Part shown: one piece after another, positions 61,407 to 61,749 of the stretch | Numbering within the stretch: position 1 is the first letter of the stretch | How the letters are laid out: every line of letters begins with the position of its first letter | Assembly (NCBI GenBank): GCA_015520565.1 | Contig: WAPW01000045.1 | Span: 1-61,749, forward strand | DNA length: 61,749 nt | Direction: 5' to 3' | Origin: Aciduliprofundum sp. | Lineage (GTDB): Archaea > Thermoplasmatota > Thermoplasmata > Thermoplasmatales > Aciduliprofundaceae | Program-made: the position numbers and the translations under genes | Notes under the pieces: model-generated | The model's input: only the letters and a program-made list of their open reading frames with translations | What the model was told of the DNA's origin: nothing | Databases searched by the model: none

Positions 61407-61749
61407 GTGATCTGGAATATTATTCTCATTAATACACCCGCGCTCTGTATTGTCGTTCCCTTATTAGGAGCATTCGCTACTCCTCTAATCGGGCATTACA
61501 ACAGGAAGATTATGTATACCTGGGTAGTTGCAATACTCTCCTTCGTTGAATCTCTTGCGGTTCTCCTCCTCTATCAGGTGTATACTGGCGGTACTATTGT
61601 TTATGTAATGGGTGCAAACCCGTACAATATGGCAATACCTCCGGATTCTGGTGGAATTCCAGTAAGAATTATTCTCACAGTAGATGCATTCAGTGCATTT
61701 ATGGCATTTATTGCAGCTACGGCTGCTCTAGCAGGAGGAATTTATTCAA
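61407..61749 (+). CDS. MrpD/MbxH/NuoN-like proton-translocating membrane subunit (3'-truncated by the window edge)
   Basis: SD GGAGGTG then GTG; PALCIVVPLLGAFATPLI...YVMG...PVRIILTVDAFSAFMA; frame open to the window end. Confidence 0.8.
   Translation, partial: MIWNIILINTPALCIVVPLLGAFATPLIGHYNRKIMYTWVVAILSFVESLAVLLLYQVYTGGTIVYVMGANPYNMAIPPDSGGIPVRIILTVDAFSAFMAFIAATAALAGGIYS

Noticed and set aside
1-61749. CRISPR array, rRNA genes, inteins, intact integrase
   Set aside because: No regularly spaced repeats, rRNA-like tracts, intein motifs or recombinase ORF seen

Overview
Archaeal chromosomal segment. Gene content and protein style point to a thermophilic Thermoplasmatota/DHVE2 organism (Aciduliprofundum-like; lineage is an inference). 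In order, it holds: a type IV pilus-like operon with two ATPases; agmatinase and aIF5A; orc1/cdc6 with a probable ORB-DUE-ORB origin; hflX, folC, an MFS transporter and ahcY; a STAND ATPase-TPR gene with inserted DUF835-like domains converging on a KaiC-like ATPase; a tungsten AOR-MoaD-radical SAM cluster; tRNA-Leu(CAA); a glycerol-3-phosphate dehydrogenase-like operon; hutU; the ribosomal superoperon (L3 to L15, secY, adk, cmk, cbf5); tRNA-Arg(TCG); a decayed accessory stretch with an IS5-family remnant; and the start of an Mrp/Mbx-type membrane subunit. The most notable items are the STAND-DUF835-TPR/KaiC signalling module, the candidate oriC, a candidate H/ACA guide sRNA and a structured leader upstream of rpl3. 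All calls come from manual reading and family recall; no database search was run.
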